From contig JAUPSS010000008.1 in the NCBI GenBank assembly GCA_040285825.1, positions 930,001-994,000 of the forward strand: DNA of 64,000 nucleotides. Reading direction: 5' to 3'. Of this stretch, positions 11,608 through 23,349 are shown in pieces. Both the position numbers and the translations under genes were made by a program. The notes under the pieces are model-generated. The model saw only the letters and a list, made by a program, of their open reading frames with translations, was not told the origin of the DNA and did not search any database. Position 1 is the stretch's first letter. Each line of letters begins with the position of its first letter. The DNA is from Eukaryota sp. TZLM1-RC (Eukaryota > Protista > Metamonada: BaSk clade).

Positions 11608-11870
11608 CTAGTTTCTTTGTGGTCTCTGGAACGCTTCTGGTCTTGTTCCATAGTAGTGCTCAATAATTGCAATTTCTATACTTGATTACATTCCGGACAA
11701 CTGAAATAGGCATTGTGAACTTTAACTTCACCATCAACTTCTCGATAGATCTTTGGGTGTAGCATCTTGCAGCAGTTCACCTTTGCAGATGTCATATATT
11801 CATCTCCGATCTTCACATTAGCAAATGAACATTGTAACAACCTGAGAAACGCCCTGCGTGGTGTTTTCAT
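11608..11870 (-). pseudogene. Fanzor family 1 copy C, C-terminal fragment lacking RuvC-III
   Basis: KTPRRAFL..FANVKIGDEYMTSAKVNCC...HNAYFSCPEC, then after a frameshift IEIAIIEHYYGTRPEAFQRPQRN*. The WSRDISASRN segment is deleted. Confidence 0.82.
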
Positions 11871-12136
11871 AAATATTGTTATGTGTACTGTACTATCAAG
11901 ATGACAGTGATTCAATGCAAACGTACTGAACACAGAAGAGTCCGGTGTTGGTGAGTCCAGATGCACCATTACGGTGAATTTCTATCAAAATGCACTTCTA
12001 GCTTTTGGCCAATTCATGCAATCTTGATAGCTGTTAAGCATACTTTAGATCCATCACTATATGATATTACGATCAAATGATAGTTAAAGCAGCAACATCA
12101 CAATACGCGTACAGGTACGCAATACATAAAAAACAC
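11871..12136 (-). ncRNA. Putative omegaRNA / right end of Fanzor B
   Basis: ATGTATT (12127-12121), hairpin GCGTAC-CT-GTACGC (12120-12107) and GTATTGTGAT. GAAATTCAC (11982-11974) and ACAATATTT (11879-11871) also occur in the same order after copy A. Confidence 0.5.
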
Positions 12137-14030
12137 TTATCTACGGGGTCTTCGGAACGCCTCAGGTCTTTCATAATCTTATATTGTAGTAGTGCTCACT
12201 TATGGCAATCTCCAGCTGGTTTCTGGAGGCTGAGATGTCCCTCGACCAGAGTGTCTGACATTGATGGCAAACAAACTTATCATTGTTCACCCTCCCATCA
12301 TCGTGATACACCTTTTGATTGAATACTTTACAGCAATTCGATTTGGCAGATGTGTAGAATTCATCTCCATTAGACTTCACCTATGTAAAATGTTTCTGAA
12401 TCTCCTTCAAAAAGCGCTTCCTTGGGGTTTTCACAGATTGTCTTGATGGCCATCACCTCCACTGCTAAACCAAATTTTGCTTTCTCTTCCACTAGCTATT
12501 AGTTTAATTTTTTCAATAAAATCCCATTATTCTTTTTTGCCTCCTTATAAAAAAAATCAAACTTGTTGCGCCGCAGGACTCGGCGATCTCCATTTATCAA
12601 CAGTTGGTCTAATATAGTTTTCGGACAGAACTCGGGATTGCTGATTTCTCACTGTGTCGGTACCATTGCCGTTGCCGTTGCTATTTCATACAGATATTCG
12701 CGGAAATTCTGCACGAAATAGCAATTTGGTGATGCATGGGTCAAGGCAAATGGTTGAATGATCTTTTGCCCTTGGATTTAGAACAAGACCCGAAAGTTGA
12801 TGGTCAATATTGTCATTATCTATTCTTGATCCAATTGAACACCCACACAAATGTTTGTGGTTAGGATCAATTGCACAAAATGAATATTCAATTGGATCAA
12901 CTGGAGGAGGCTCATAGGCGTCGTCGTTCTTCGACGTTGCCTTGAACGGACCTGTTGCTGAACTCTGGAGTTGCGTTTCCGACTCTTGGCAGCCATATCG
13001 TGTGTGCTACTGGCTCTGGCGGTTTCAAATTCTTTGGCTGAGCGGCGATTCTTGGTTTTCTTAGGAACTGTTGAGAATGTTACCCTGAGAGATAAATGAT
13101 CTGATGCAAGGGTATACGTGGCAAAGTGTTTTTTGTTGAAGAGCTTGAATGGGTTCCTCAGTAGTTGTCGGTTTGGATTTAAACGCAAGAATGTTGTCCA
13201 AGTTGTTGACTGAAAGAAATAAAACCTGGTGAGTAGCTTGCGGATGGAGCGAGAGCGTGTCTCTCCATTGTTTCACCCGCCATGTTTTCGAGAAAAAACA
13301 TACGTAGGCCGGCGGAGTAGATAAAAGTCATCGATTCAGCGTTCAGTTAAGTGTCAGTTTTTTCTAAGAGGGCTTGGAACCTAGCAGGATCACCTACTTG
13401 TTGGTTAAACAAATCAGTTATGTGAGCATGACGTTGCTCATACCAACCAAGTAGCTGCTCTTAAACGGCGGAATCTTTAAGAACGACAGTAGCACATCCT
13501 TTCGGAGCTGGACAGTGAAAGAAGACTGCCATTGTTTTGTAGAAGTTAAGCTTCCATACAACTGGGCCATCTGTCATTATTTAAGTCAAATTGTTCGCCA
13601 TTTGGAGTGCGCAAAAGCTTCGGATGTCAGAATGACACCAGTTGTCAGTCTTTTTATCACAACCCAGAGGGGAAAAAGGCCACTTGGTTGGGTCAGAAGC
13701 ATAAAAGAGAGCCTCGTAGAGCTCCCAGTGGTTCTCAAAGGGTCGCCACTCTGGAGGATTGACTATCATCACAATGTCCTGACATTGATACCAGAACTGT
13801 TGATGATACAACCAGTAGGCAATTTGTGGATGCATCAGTATGAAATACTGAGCAAAAAGACAGGCCAAGACACTGACAGTACGTATGTAACGAAGCTGTT
13901 GCTCCAATGCATCTCTGGCAACACTGGCAAAGAATTTGGCTGCAGCAGCAGCAAAGGTTATCTATTTTTCAGGACGCCTAACTTCTTAAGGGAGTACTCA
14001 GCCTCGACGTGGCAACTTTGGATTTGCCAT
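12137..14030 (-). pseudogene. Fanzor family 1 copy B, near full length, heavily frameshifted
   Basis: Collinear with copy A: KFFASVARDALEQQL, WLYHQQFWYQC, LNPNRQLLRNPFKLFNKK, FCAIDPNHKHLCG, GDEFYTSAKSNCCKV, CHQCQTLWSRDISASRNQLEIAISEH and ERPEAFRR. Confidence 0.85.
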
Positions 14031-16398
14031 TGGAGTGGGGATGTCAGTCGAGAAAAGATCATACAGTCAACGATAATACTTCATTTATTCATTTATTCAC
14101 AACTTCTTGTATCTATCAAAAAATGAACATCAGCAAAATGATAAATAAGCACAATAATACGTGATACTCAAGTTGCCACAATTATTTTCTTTCTTGAAAA
14201 AGTTACAGTTGCAGAAGTTGTTTTAGGTGATAACAGTAGCATATTCAACCAAGGGAACGTGTTGTTTCAATGAGTTCGTATAAAGTTTTTTCTCTTTAGA
14301 AATTGAATTCACAAAATTGAAGTTATTCTATAAATTATATGTAAAATTGACCATTGTGAACAGTCGACGTTTTTTCAATAATCAGATAAATTTTAAAGTC
14401 AATTTTTTAAAACAAAAACAGCAAAAGACAAATTAACCTAACATGGACAATACAACCAAACTCATTGATCGACTTTCGGCCGTAACACTTTTTAGCAAAA
14501 TAATTGAAACAGATCGAGATTTCAATGATGGCTGCTGAATTGTCAGAATTTACAAGGGTCAACTATCTGAAATTCATTTAAAATTAGTTCACCCAATTCA
14601 CATCACCTTCTTCAACGACTGATATTAGCAGATGTCCATTTCTTCTTTACACCAAAACCTACAATAAACCATGGTATTACAAGAACGCCTATTGTTCCAT
14701 AAAGCTAAGCCTTTCCAATTCACTTAACCTTTCTTAGAACCTGAAAACATCAATGCTTAGAAAACTTAAAAACATTCACCGAACTACTGTGGGTCGACCA
14801 GCCTAAATTCAGTCTACATATTGTTGATAACATAAACACAGAAGTCATGATTCGGTTATTTTTGAAGTTATTTTTGTTCATTTTTCCAGTTTTGAAGAAT
14901 TTAACCTAAAAGAAAGATGATTTCTTTTTCGTTGTTTTTTGTTCCCAAACAATTTGCCAAATCATCTGACTTGTAAATTGAAAAACCTTTATTGCTTACT
15001 CATCTTTTCAACTGTAAAGATTATATTACATTTAGAAGTAGATTAAATGATAGTGTGAGAGACCAAATTTATGTTAAGTGCACATCTTATTTGTTCAATA
15101 TCACTAAGGGTGTGAACGGTTTTTCTTGTTTCATTTTTTGAGTTTTCTGTTGTGGGTTCAATGTTCCTATGATTACTTTGATCTGGTTCTCCATTAATGC
15201 AAAAGGGAAACCAAACTGATATATTCAATAGAAGAATAAATAATTTAATGACGTGTTAGTTACTCAAGGAAACAATTTTTGAGAAGAGTTCATTTGGAAA
15301 TAGCGCAAATTGGCTTAAACACTGGTTAATGTGTGTTAGAGAAACGAGGTTTGGCTCTGAAAAGACAACAAATTGACATTTCGATTGTTCGGTGATGTTC
15401 CTTCTTGATGTCTTTGACCAGATGAGCTAATTGGTCGTTATGTTATTAAGAGATTGTCTTCAAAAAGACATTTGAAAGTGCAAAATTACTGATGTTATGT
15501 GGTCCTCAGGACATAACTTTTCTCACAAACATTTTTTTGATAAGAACTCAGGATAGAATTTTCACTGAGGCTAATGACTTCCAACAGTCAATCCAACAGC
15601 TTGGCTAGGACATATGAAATTCGACCTTAATTGAGATTGTATTTAGTCATAATAAACAGAGATGTAAGATGATAAGATTAGACGGAAAACGGACCAAACC
15701 GAAATGACAAAGTACAATGAATATGTCTTTGCAATTAATCTATTTTGATAGATTTTAAGCAAGGTTTTAACAAAAAAAGAATCGTGACTAAAAAAGCCAT
15801 AATTTTCAGAATATATGTGCCTGTTTTCACGACACCTTCACATTATTAATTATTTATTCATTAAGACCTCTTAAGGATTTACATTTCGATATTTAACTAG
15901 TGGTCACCCAACACATCGTATCTGGTTCAGAAAGTAATTATCAAAAGATATCGACTGTTAGGAAATTGATAATCACTAAAATTGCATAAGCTCAAACTTT
16001 CCTCTTCAGATTCACAGCAATAAAGAACTAGGTGTTTGGAAATAGATGTTGAAAACTAATTATCTGGAAATTCTGCTTACAATTTTAGAAAATTAAGGAG
16101 GAAAATGAGCTGTTGATTGACACAGATTTGGATAATTAAATATCAAGGTTTTTTTTTGATGTATTGTCCAGAATCGAATTTTATGTAGTACACTAATGGT
16201 TTGATCTATTACTGAGTAGTAACCAGCTATACAATTCTAGAATGATCACTTAGTATTTGGCTCTATTCTTCAACAAAAGGAATTGAAAACTAGAACAGAC
16301 AATTTGGTGACGTCATAAGGAGAAATTTGATAAAGGAAATCATGAATAAAAGGAAAAGAATTAGAGAAATAATTTATTTAAATGATAATCCAGACGAA

Positions 16399-18651
16399 TT
16401 AAAGGTCCTTACTTTGAATCTCAATCATTCCTTGTGCATCCATAACGAATGACTCAGCCATTTGATGACTGACATTTAAGACAAAGGACAAAGTAGAAAC
16501 ATCAGAAGAAGCCAATTCATCGAGATTGGATATCGAATTCTTGATCAACCGCCGTACCCTAGAAGGACCCAACCCGGAAATTTTTAAAAGAGGGTTGTCC
16601 AAGAGGTCATCCTTAGCACCAGTTTGTAATCTTTTAGATAATTGACTGAATGCAAAAGATAAGATGTTCCAATTGAGGGCCTTTGAAAAAGTAGCCAACA
16701 TCGATGCTCTTAAAGATGCAGTTTCCTGGAGATTTTCTAAGGAACTCAATGAACACCCAAATTTGACAGACAACTCTTTCAAGCAATATTCGTTGGCTAT
16801 GTAATTGAGTATCACAGCCAAGATACATCTATGTACTGCTTGGTGCTTTTGTTGATTGAGGTCCATTCTTTTGCCAGTAACTATCTTGGAGAACAACTTC
16901 AGATCCACACCCAATTTTTCACACAAAATCATTCGATTCTGATTAAACAAACTGACTTCATCTAACATAGCAAAATAGAAATCAGAACTTTGAAGGTGAC
17001 CAACATTCATTGAGATTGTGCTCGAAAGAAAGCAGAGATGAAAGTCATCAGTTAAGCACAGTGAACGGCGAGCTGCTTCTAGTTCTTTCTCAATTACTAC
17101 AGCTTCTGTGGGAGCTATATGGGACAAACCAGAGGCAAAACCCAGAGGTGTTAGTTCAAACTGTGCACTGTGCTCATCAAATGTAACAATATGCTTTTCG
17201 ATTAGTTGACTTATTGTTGATTTAAATAAAGATGATGACGACTCCTTACCATTGCACGTGTAATACAATGTACATCTGATAAAACGTCTCAAGTCCGTTG
17301 GAGAAGAAGCTATTCCATTCGAAATGATCTCAGCAATAAAAGTCTCAAGAAGCAATGGACAAATTCCAAAGTTTGAGGTACACGAACCCACGGGTTCATT
17401 CAAAACAGTACAAATCGAATCAAAAGTAGTAGTATTTGCAATTAAATAACAATCACCCCTCGAATGTAAGGTTTTTGATCTCCCAGCTCTCCCCGCCATT
17501 TGGGTTAATTCGCTTCGACTAAGAGGACGAATTCCAATGAAAGGACTAGTGATAATCACAAATCTACAAGGCAAATCTACTCCAGCAGACAGAGAGCTTG
17601 TTGCCACGATAACTTTCAAATAACCTTGTAAAAACAACTGTTCAACAGCCATTTTATCTGATGAACAAAGTCCTGAATGGTGAAAACCAACAGAATTGGC
17701 GATGACGGTTGCCAATAATTGATTGTGTATCTCGAATTGATTTGGCAAAAACGCAGTGCTATTTCCACAATATCTTGACAGAAATTCAGCAAAATTCTCC
17801 GCGCTTTTTTTAGTGGGGACAAAGATTAAGCAAGTCTCGTCTCTATGTAAGTTTAATAAAGACAACAATTGTTCCTTTATCGTAATTGGTTTTGTAATAT
17901 CCAGTTCTTTAAAACAATCTAATTGATCATTAAATAGCTTCTCATTCCTCAAAATTGAATAGAACAAAGGAATAGATCTTTCATTGTGGACAAAGAGTTG
18001 AGCTTGAAGCCATTGAGCCACTGTTTCCAAGTTTCCAATTGTTGCACTAAACCCATAAATTCTGCAATCACTGAAATAGTATAAAACCTTGGCGATTAAA
18101 ATCTCCAGCAAGGCACCTCTTTCTAGGCCATCACTAACAAGTTGAAGCTCATCAACACATACACAACCAACTAACCCCGATCGATCGGACTGGGAATCTT
18201 TGGAGTATTCATTTGCAAAGTGATTGATGATAGAATTAGCCTTTTCAATGGTCGACACCACCACACAGGGCTGAGAAGGCAACGGAAGGGTTCCTAAATT
18301 ACTATAGAAAGGAAGCAAAGGAATGTTGAGTAAACGGCACAGGGGTCGGAGACTTTCCATACGTTGGGAAGCGAGAGCGACGAACGGGAGAATGACTATA
18401 GATGAGGTATTTCTCCTTACCACGTTGCTAAGCATGAGAAGATCCCCCAACAGAGTCTTTCCAGAACCTGTAGGGAAGCTTATAAGACCATTCTTAGCAA
18501 AGGATAGAATAGCTTGAGAGGTAAGAAATGTTTGTTGACAAGGAAGCAGTGTGTTAATTCCAACACTGTTGAGGTAATCGAGGAGGCAGTCGAGACTTAG
18601 TGACACTAACACATCTGTAAGACCACCATGATGAAGACCAGGACAAGTCAT
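16399..18651 (-). CDS. HELQ: HELQ/Hel308-like (POLQ-type) Ski2-family DNA helicase; exact start uncertain
   Basis: Walker A PTGSGKT, TIEKANS, VDELQLV..RGALLE, SATIGNL, VGFHHSGL, VATSSLSAGVDLP, QMAGRAGR and a C-terminal HhH-like LLKISGLGPSR. Confidence 0.85.
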   Translation of the reverse strand: MTCPGLHHGGLTDVLVSLSLDCLLDYLNSVGINTLLPCQQTFLTSQAILSFAKNGLISFPTGSGKTLLGDLLMLSNVVRRNTSSIVILPFVALASQRMESLRPLCRLLNIPLLPFYSNLGTLPLPSQPCVVVSTIEKANSIINHFANEYSKDSQSDRSGLVGCVCVDELQLVSDGLERGALLEILIAKVLYYFSDCRIYGFSATIGNLETVAQWLQAQLFVHNERSIPLFYSILRNEKLFNDQLDCFKELDITKPITIKEQLLSLLNLHRDETCLIFVPTKKSAENFAEFLSRYCGNSTAFLPNQFEIHNQLLATVIANSVGFHHSGLCSSDKMAVEQLFLQGYLKVIVATSSLSAGVDLPCRFVIITSPFIGIRPLSRSELTQMAGRAGRSKTLHSRGDCYLIANTTTFDSICTVLNEPVGSCTSNFGICPLLLETFIAEIISNGIASSPTDLRRFIRCTLYYTCNGKESSSSLFKSTISQLIEKHIVTFDEHSAQFELTPLGFASGLSHIAPTEAVVIEKELEAARRSLCLTDDFHLCFLSSTISMNVGHLQSSDFYFAMLDEVSLFNQNRMILCEKLGVDLKLFSKIVTGKRMDLNQQKHQAVHRCILAVILNYIANEYCLKELSVKFGCSLSSLENLQETASLRASMLATFSKALNWNILSFAFSQLSKRLQTGAKDDLLDNPLLKISGLGPSRVRRLIKNSISNLDELASSDVSTLSFVLNVSHQMAESFVMDAQGMIEIQSKDL

Positions 18652-19136
18652 GAAGCACACATAACAAGGATGACTTTGCAGGGATTACGTTGCAGGCAAT
18701 TATAGTGTTAAAATCTGGAAAAAAAGCTTTTAATCGTCAATTGATTCGCCTTTTCTTTCGACAGTGTTCGCTTGTCCAGTGTGCAACATTTAATGTTCTG
18801 CTATATAGTAGTAACAATAATAGATAACTATAAGGTAAAATAATTCATTTTCAGGTTTCTGTTTCCATCTAATAACAATCAAATAATATTGATTGAATCA
18901 GTAGAAATAGAAAAGCACAAAACGTCATTATTATCAAATGAATGAACAAAAGAAAATGGCTAATAACTATAGTGAATTTGAGCTTTGTCATCCGGAAATG
19001 TCATTGATGATCACCAGAAAACACTTAATTTAAGCAGGTGGCATTGTCAAGACTGAAAAGTACCATATCTCCTTGCTTAAATTTTGTGATTGAAAGTAAT
19101 ACTAAGGTCAATTTATTTTGAATCTGAGATCATCCT

Positions 19137-19826
19137 TCAGGTTAACAGCCCAAACACAAAGAACTCTGCTGCAATTCGAAGTTTTGACAATGCATCAGCA
19201 GACGATGACCCAAAAGAACCTTTCTGTTTTGATGGATACCTGACTTTTAAACAATTTTTACAACTCCATTGATCAGAATCAACAGGCGAATTTGAAACAA
19301 GACCAGCGCAAGCACTTGCCAATACCACACTGATTGGTTTTGATAGAACTCTAGTATGAGTTCTTATAAAGTCGAAACTGAAGCCTTGAAGTATATTGTT
19401 CACTAAATTTGTACATTGTAATTCTCGATCGGCTGTTATAAATGAACTCATCGCACCGGATAAACCTCCTCTTAAGCCGGGAGCTATGTTGTGCAGCAGA
19501 CCATTGCAAGAACTGTAATAAGTAGAGATCCAAGCCGATCTTGTCAGAAGATCACGTATAGGAGAAGTTTCTGCTTTTGTCCTTGTTAGGACCTTTTTTA
19601 AGAAGTACTTGCCTACTCGATAATAAGGTGATTGTACTGATCGCTGAAGAAAAACCACTGTTGGTATAGACTGATAAATGAGAGTAGCTACACTGGAAGC
19701 CACTAGGCCTTTGACGAAAGAAGATGGGTATATCTGCTGCATTTGTGGCTGATAAAACCGTTTTCCCTCAATGATCCTAAACAAAAATAATTCATTTTGT
19801 GTCTTCATAAACTTGCTAAATATCAT
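19137..19826 (-). CDS. Hypothetical, possibly membrane protein (weak TMEM135-like appearance); start may be at 19742
   Basis: 229-aa ORF with small-residue hydrophobic segments. No diagnostic motif was recognised with confidence. Confidence 0.5.
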   Translation of the reverse strand: MIFSKFMKTQNELFLFRIIEGKRFYQPQMQQIYPSSFVKGLVASSVATLIYQSIPTVVFLQRSVQSPYYRVGKYFLKKVLTRTKAETSPIRDLLTRSAWISTYYSSCNGLLHNIAPGLRGGLSGAMSSFITADRELQCTNLVNNILQGFSFDFIRTHTRVLSKPISVVLASACAGLVSNSPVDSDQWSCKNCLKVRYPSKQKGSFGSSSADALSKLRIAAEFFVFGLLT

Positions 19827-20873
19827 ATAGTTTCTTTCTATTGGTACACAATTTCACTTCACCTTATTGTCCACGCACTATCCTCAACAAAACCCAGAAG
19901 TTGTTGACGTTATGAACGAATTTGTTTCTTCTATACTATTCTATTTTTTTGAAAAAGGTAGCAAGATACTTTCTGGCACGGCAGTCACGTCTTGAGTAAA
20001 TTGAACGATTACTTTGTACAGCTGGTTTGAACCCCACAGTTTTACAATTCGCCCCGAAACAATTTAAGGGACTTTGCCTTGTGAATCCGCATGAAGGAGT
20101 CGAAGAAATGTTGTATAAGCTGTTGTAGAGAGGTACAGTTCAAATGTTTTTTGAGAAGTAATTTAGTAATAGTAGTTAGTAATTAATTATTTAGTGATAG
20201 TGTAATAGAACATTTTTTGTTGAAAAAGTGAACAATTTGTGTCAGAAAAGCGAGGTTTAAAAATGCAACACAGTCAGGTTTTAATTTGGTCTTTTCAACT
20301 GAGTTGAAATTTCCAAACCTAACGGTGTACTTAAACGACTTGATCTGGGTATAAATCAATCAGACTTTGGTAACAGTTTATATGTCGATAATGGAGATTT
20401 AAGTTTCCACCACTAGATTTTAAGGAAATATTTCTCATTAACTGGCTCAGAACAATGGAATGATTTAGAAAAGTCATTGTTGATTAATGAATCTGTTGTT
20501 CCTTTCACCAATTACAGTTGTGTCTATTGACCCTTGTTTTGTCTATATTGAAAAGTCAGTTAATTCTACACTTCATAATCCCCGTTCAAATACTGAATTT
20601 TTTAAAGGCAACGAGTAAAACGTTTATCGAAATTGTTTAAGCAATAGCATGCAGAATACATATATAAGATACGTTTTATTAAAAAAATTGTTTTTCCTAG
20701 TAACAATCAATGTGAAATACTGAGCTTGCAACACTTTCAAGCCACCGTTCATTGTGTTTTGAATCAATATACTCGATCAAACAATTATGCCCAAGATTCT
20801 TTAGCAGAAAATATGCAGTACGAGCAGTTGACAGCCTAAAATGCCAATTCTTTGCAGAAGGGTTGAATTTTAG

Positions 20874-21009
20874 TGTTGTACTGTGGACAATTAGTCTAGT
20901 ACATTTATGTTTATATAACATAGTTCACTAGTGATGGCCTTTATAAGGGCCGGTGAAATTCTAATAAATTGTTCCTTATTCTTTGTTATCATATATGGAT
21001 AAATCATCA
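20874..21009 (+). repeat. 5' LTR (136 bp)
   Basis: Direct repeat of 27647-27782, with 4 mismatches counted by eye. Confidence 0.95.
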
Positions 21010-23349
21010 TTAATTAATGGCCTGAAAAGCCACAATGATAACCCTCCTTCCTTTCTGAGGAAGAGTAATGTCGCTTCTTTGAAGGAGAACAATCCACCAC
21101 CCACGGTGAGTAATCCTCCACCTACGGAGAGTAATCCTTCCTTCGGGAAGAGTAATCCTCCTAAGGAGAGTGAGCTTTCCACTGAGAAGAGCCTTGCCTC
21201 TCAGAAAGAAAGCCACCTCCCCAATAAGGAGAGTGAACTTCACACTGAGGAGAGCCCTTCCTCCCAGAAAGGAAGTCACCTCCCTAATAAGGAGAGAGGT
21301 AACCACGTTGTGGATGTGACAGAACTGTACACATATCCCAATAACTCCTCGGAGCTCCTTCCTTGTAGGAAGAGTTTTCTCACTCCGAGCGAGCAACGGA
21401 GATTCAAAGCGTTTGTTGTAAGTAATAAATCTGACGCTTGTACAGAAGGTGAAGGAGGCGAAGGCGAGCAACAGTCTACGACTAGCTCCTCACGTAAAAC
21501 TCCCTCCTCACCTACTTCTGACATCAGCTCAAGTGAGGAACCTCAAAGTGATTCCAGAGGATCTCTTAATCAGAACTACAGCAGGAAAGGGGATCAGAGC
21601 GATGATGAACCACCTCATACACCCAATCCTCCTAATCCAACTCCTAGTTTCCCATCTACGGAAAAGACTTCTCAGGGTCTTTACCGAAGGAAATTAGCAA
21701 AGGCAGTTGAGGCTGTAACTAGAGATTTCTTATTGGACCTCATCGCCAATCCTCCCGAAGATGTAATGGATTGGAGTGATAACGAATTATTAAAAATGGC
21801 TGAGAATGAGTCAGAGCGTCTTGCGAGAGACGTAGACCCAGCCGAATGTGAGAAGGTCCGACGTGACTATTTGGCGAAATGTTGGCCCTTCCTCTTTGGG
21901 AAAGCCCACGGCAAAACACTTGACGACGTCGTCTACGAGAGTTATGATCAGAGTCCAAATCTTTTGAAGAAATTGGATGATCTTACCGATTCGGCAGTCT
22001 CGTGTGGAATAAGTGCAGTCGAGGATTGCTATTTCAGCGCTCATCGTTCAAAGTATCAAGCTGCTACTCCCAGGCCTGCCAAATGGCATAGGGATGCAAT
22101 TGATGACCACAAAATATATTTCAGTGGAAATCAAGAAGCTTACGACAGACTATTTTGGATAGCTAAAATGTACCCTCATAATCAACAAGGTAGAAACCTT
22201 AGAGGCGTCGTAAGGCATTTTCTAGTGGAGAATGTACACCCAAAAGATTCCATTGCGGACATTTTTATTATGCTTGGGGGCAGATTCGATGAATCTCGAG
22301 GTGACACCCTTCAATTTCATACCAAAGAGTCCTATATTAGAGAAATAGGCACAAGGGTAATTGAATTGAAAGAGCAACGTGTTGGCCCCAACAAGTTAAA
22401 ACTAGTATACCCTGATGCATGGATGGCTAAACTCAAGGCATGGGTTGATAGCTGGCCCGACCAAAATGTTTTTGAGAATGTCTTAATAAAGAGCAGTTGC
22501 CTTCCATATGATCACAAACTAGCAGGGGTCCCTAAAGGATCTAAAGATGCACCAGATTGGGTGGATTTAAGGCCACCAGCCCAGACCGTACCTGTGCAGG
22601 AGGAACCTCCTAAGACAAGATTTATCATTAAGTTGGGCGAAACATTGCCTTCAGAAGAGAGGAATATGAACCTATTTAGTACACCTTCTGTAGGGCCTCT
22701 GGCATCTAGGAGAGCTTCTTGTGAAGCAACTCCTACACAAGCATCTGTTATAAAATCATCTATACCCACGCAACCCCTAGGAACGAATGCTCCTAGAGAT
22801 TCTCTCGTCGATACCCTCGGTCTTTATAGAACTCCTGTAACAGACGAGGAGAAATTGAGGAAAAGAATAGACGACAAACTGAGATGCCTAGTTAAGTTAA
22901 ATGAAGCGTTTGACGCCAAGAAGATCTTCGACTTCGTTCTTAACTTTGGCAATTGGGCTAAAACAGTTAGGGATCGCGATGGACCCACCAGAGCATTTAC
23001 GCCAATCACCAAATACGGTCAACCTGTTCATCAGTACGACTTCGTTAGATCTATGTTCTTCGAAGTGGACCCTTTGTATTTGAGATTTATGATCGAGGGT
23101 AAGGTGATCGCAGAATTGCAGAGTTTTTATGGAGGCCGAACAAACGTGTTAGGCAACAGCCCATCTGACGCCGAAATCTGGAAATATTTGCTACTCAGCA
23201 CCCAGTACAAATACCCTACCGATGTTGAGAAGGCTTTAAGGTCTGTAAGACCACCTGAGATCAGTCGCAAAATGACTGCTGAATCTTCATGGACAGCCTT
23301 CATGGAGCAGATCATATATATAATTCGACGCTCTACAATTATGCCTTGA
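20995..23349 (+). CDS. gag: gag-like ORF; ATG lies inside the 5' LTR; ends at a TGA that is in frame with pol
   Basis: Long ORF with ESNPP-type and ~60-bp tandem repeats near the N-terminus. The frame stays open after the TGA into 23425. Confidence 0.75.
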   Translation: MDKSSLINGLKSHNDNPPSFLRKSNVASLKENNPPPTVSNPPPTESNPSFGKSNPPKESELSTEKSLASQKESHLPNKESELHTEESPSSQKGSHLPNKERGNHVVDVTELYTYPNNSSELLPCRKSFLTPSEQRRFKAFVVSNKSDACTEGEGGEGEQQSTTSSSRKTPSSPTSDISSSEEPQSDSRGSLNQNYSRKGDQSDDEPPHTPNPPNPTPSFPSTEKTSQGLYRRKLAKAVEAVTRDFLLDLIANPPEDVMDWSDNELLKMAENESERLARDVDPAECEKVRRDYLAKCWPFLFGKAHGKTLDDVVYESYDQSPNLLKKLDDLTDSAVSCGISAVEDCYFSAHRSKYQAATPRPAKWHRDAIDDHKIYFSGNQEAYDRLFWIAKMYPHNQQGRNLRGVVRHFLVENVHPKDSIADIFIMLGGRFDESRGDTLQFHTKESYIREIGTRVIELKEQRVGPNKLKLVYPDAWMAKLKAWVDSWPDQNVFENVLIKSSCLPYDHKLAGVPKGSKDAPDWVDLRPPAQTVPVQEEPPKTRFIIKLGETLPSEERNMNLFSTPSVGPLASRRASCEATPTQASVIKSSIPTQPLGTNAPRDSLVDTLGLYRTPVTDEEKLRKRIDDKLRCLVKLNEAFDAKKIFDFVLNFGNWAKTVRDRDGPTRAFTPITKYGQPVHQYDFVRSMFFEVDPLYLRFMIEGKVIAELQSFYGGRTNVLGNSPSDAEIWKYLLLSTQYKYPTDVEKALRSVRPPEISRKMTAESSWTAFMEQIIYIIRRSTIMP

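Noticed and set aside
13515-14126. 203-aa plus-strand ORF
   Set aside because: It is antisense to the Fanzor B N-terminus, which is supported by homology to copy A.
15180-15650. Possible BED-finger/hAT remnant (GNSANWLKHW, DELIGRYVIKR)
   Set aside because: Too degraded to assign without a profile search.
21060-21300. Short tandem repeats resembling a CRISPR-like array
   Set aside because: They are in-frame coding repeats inside gag (ESNPP and a ~60-bp duplication) with no unique spacers.
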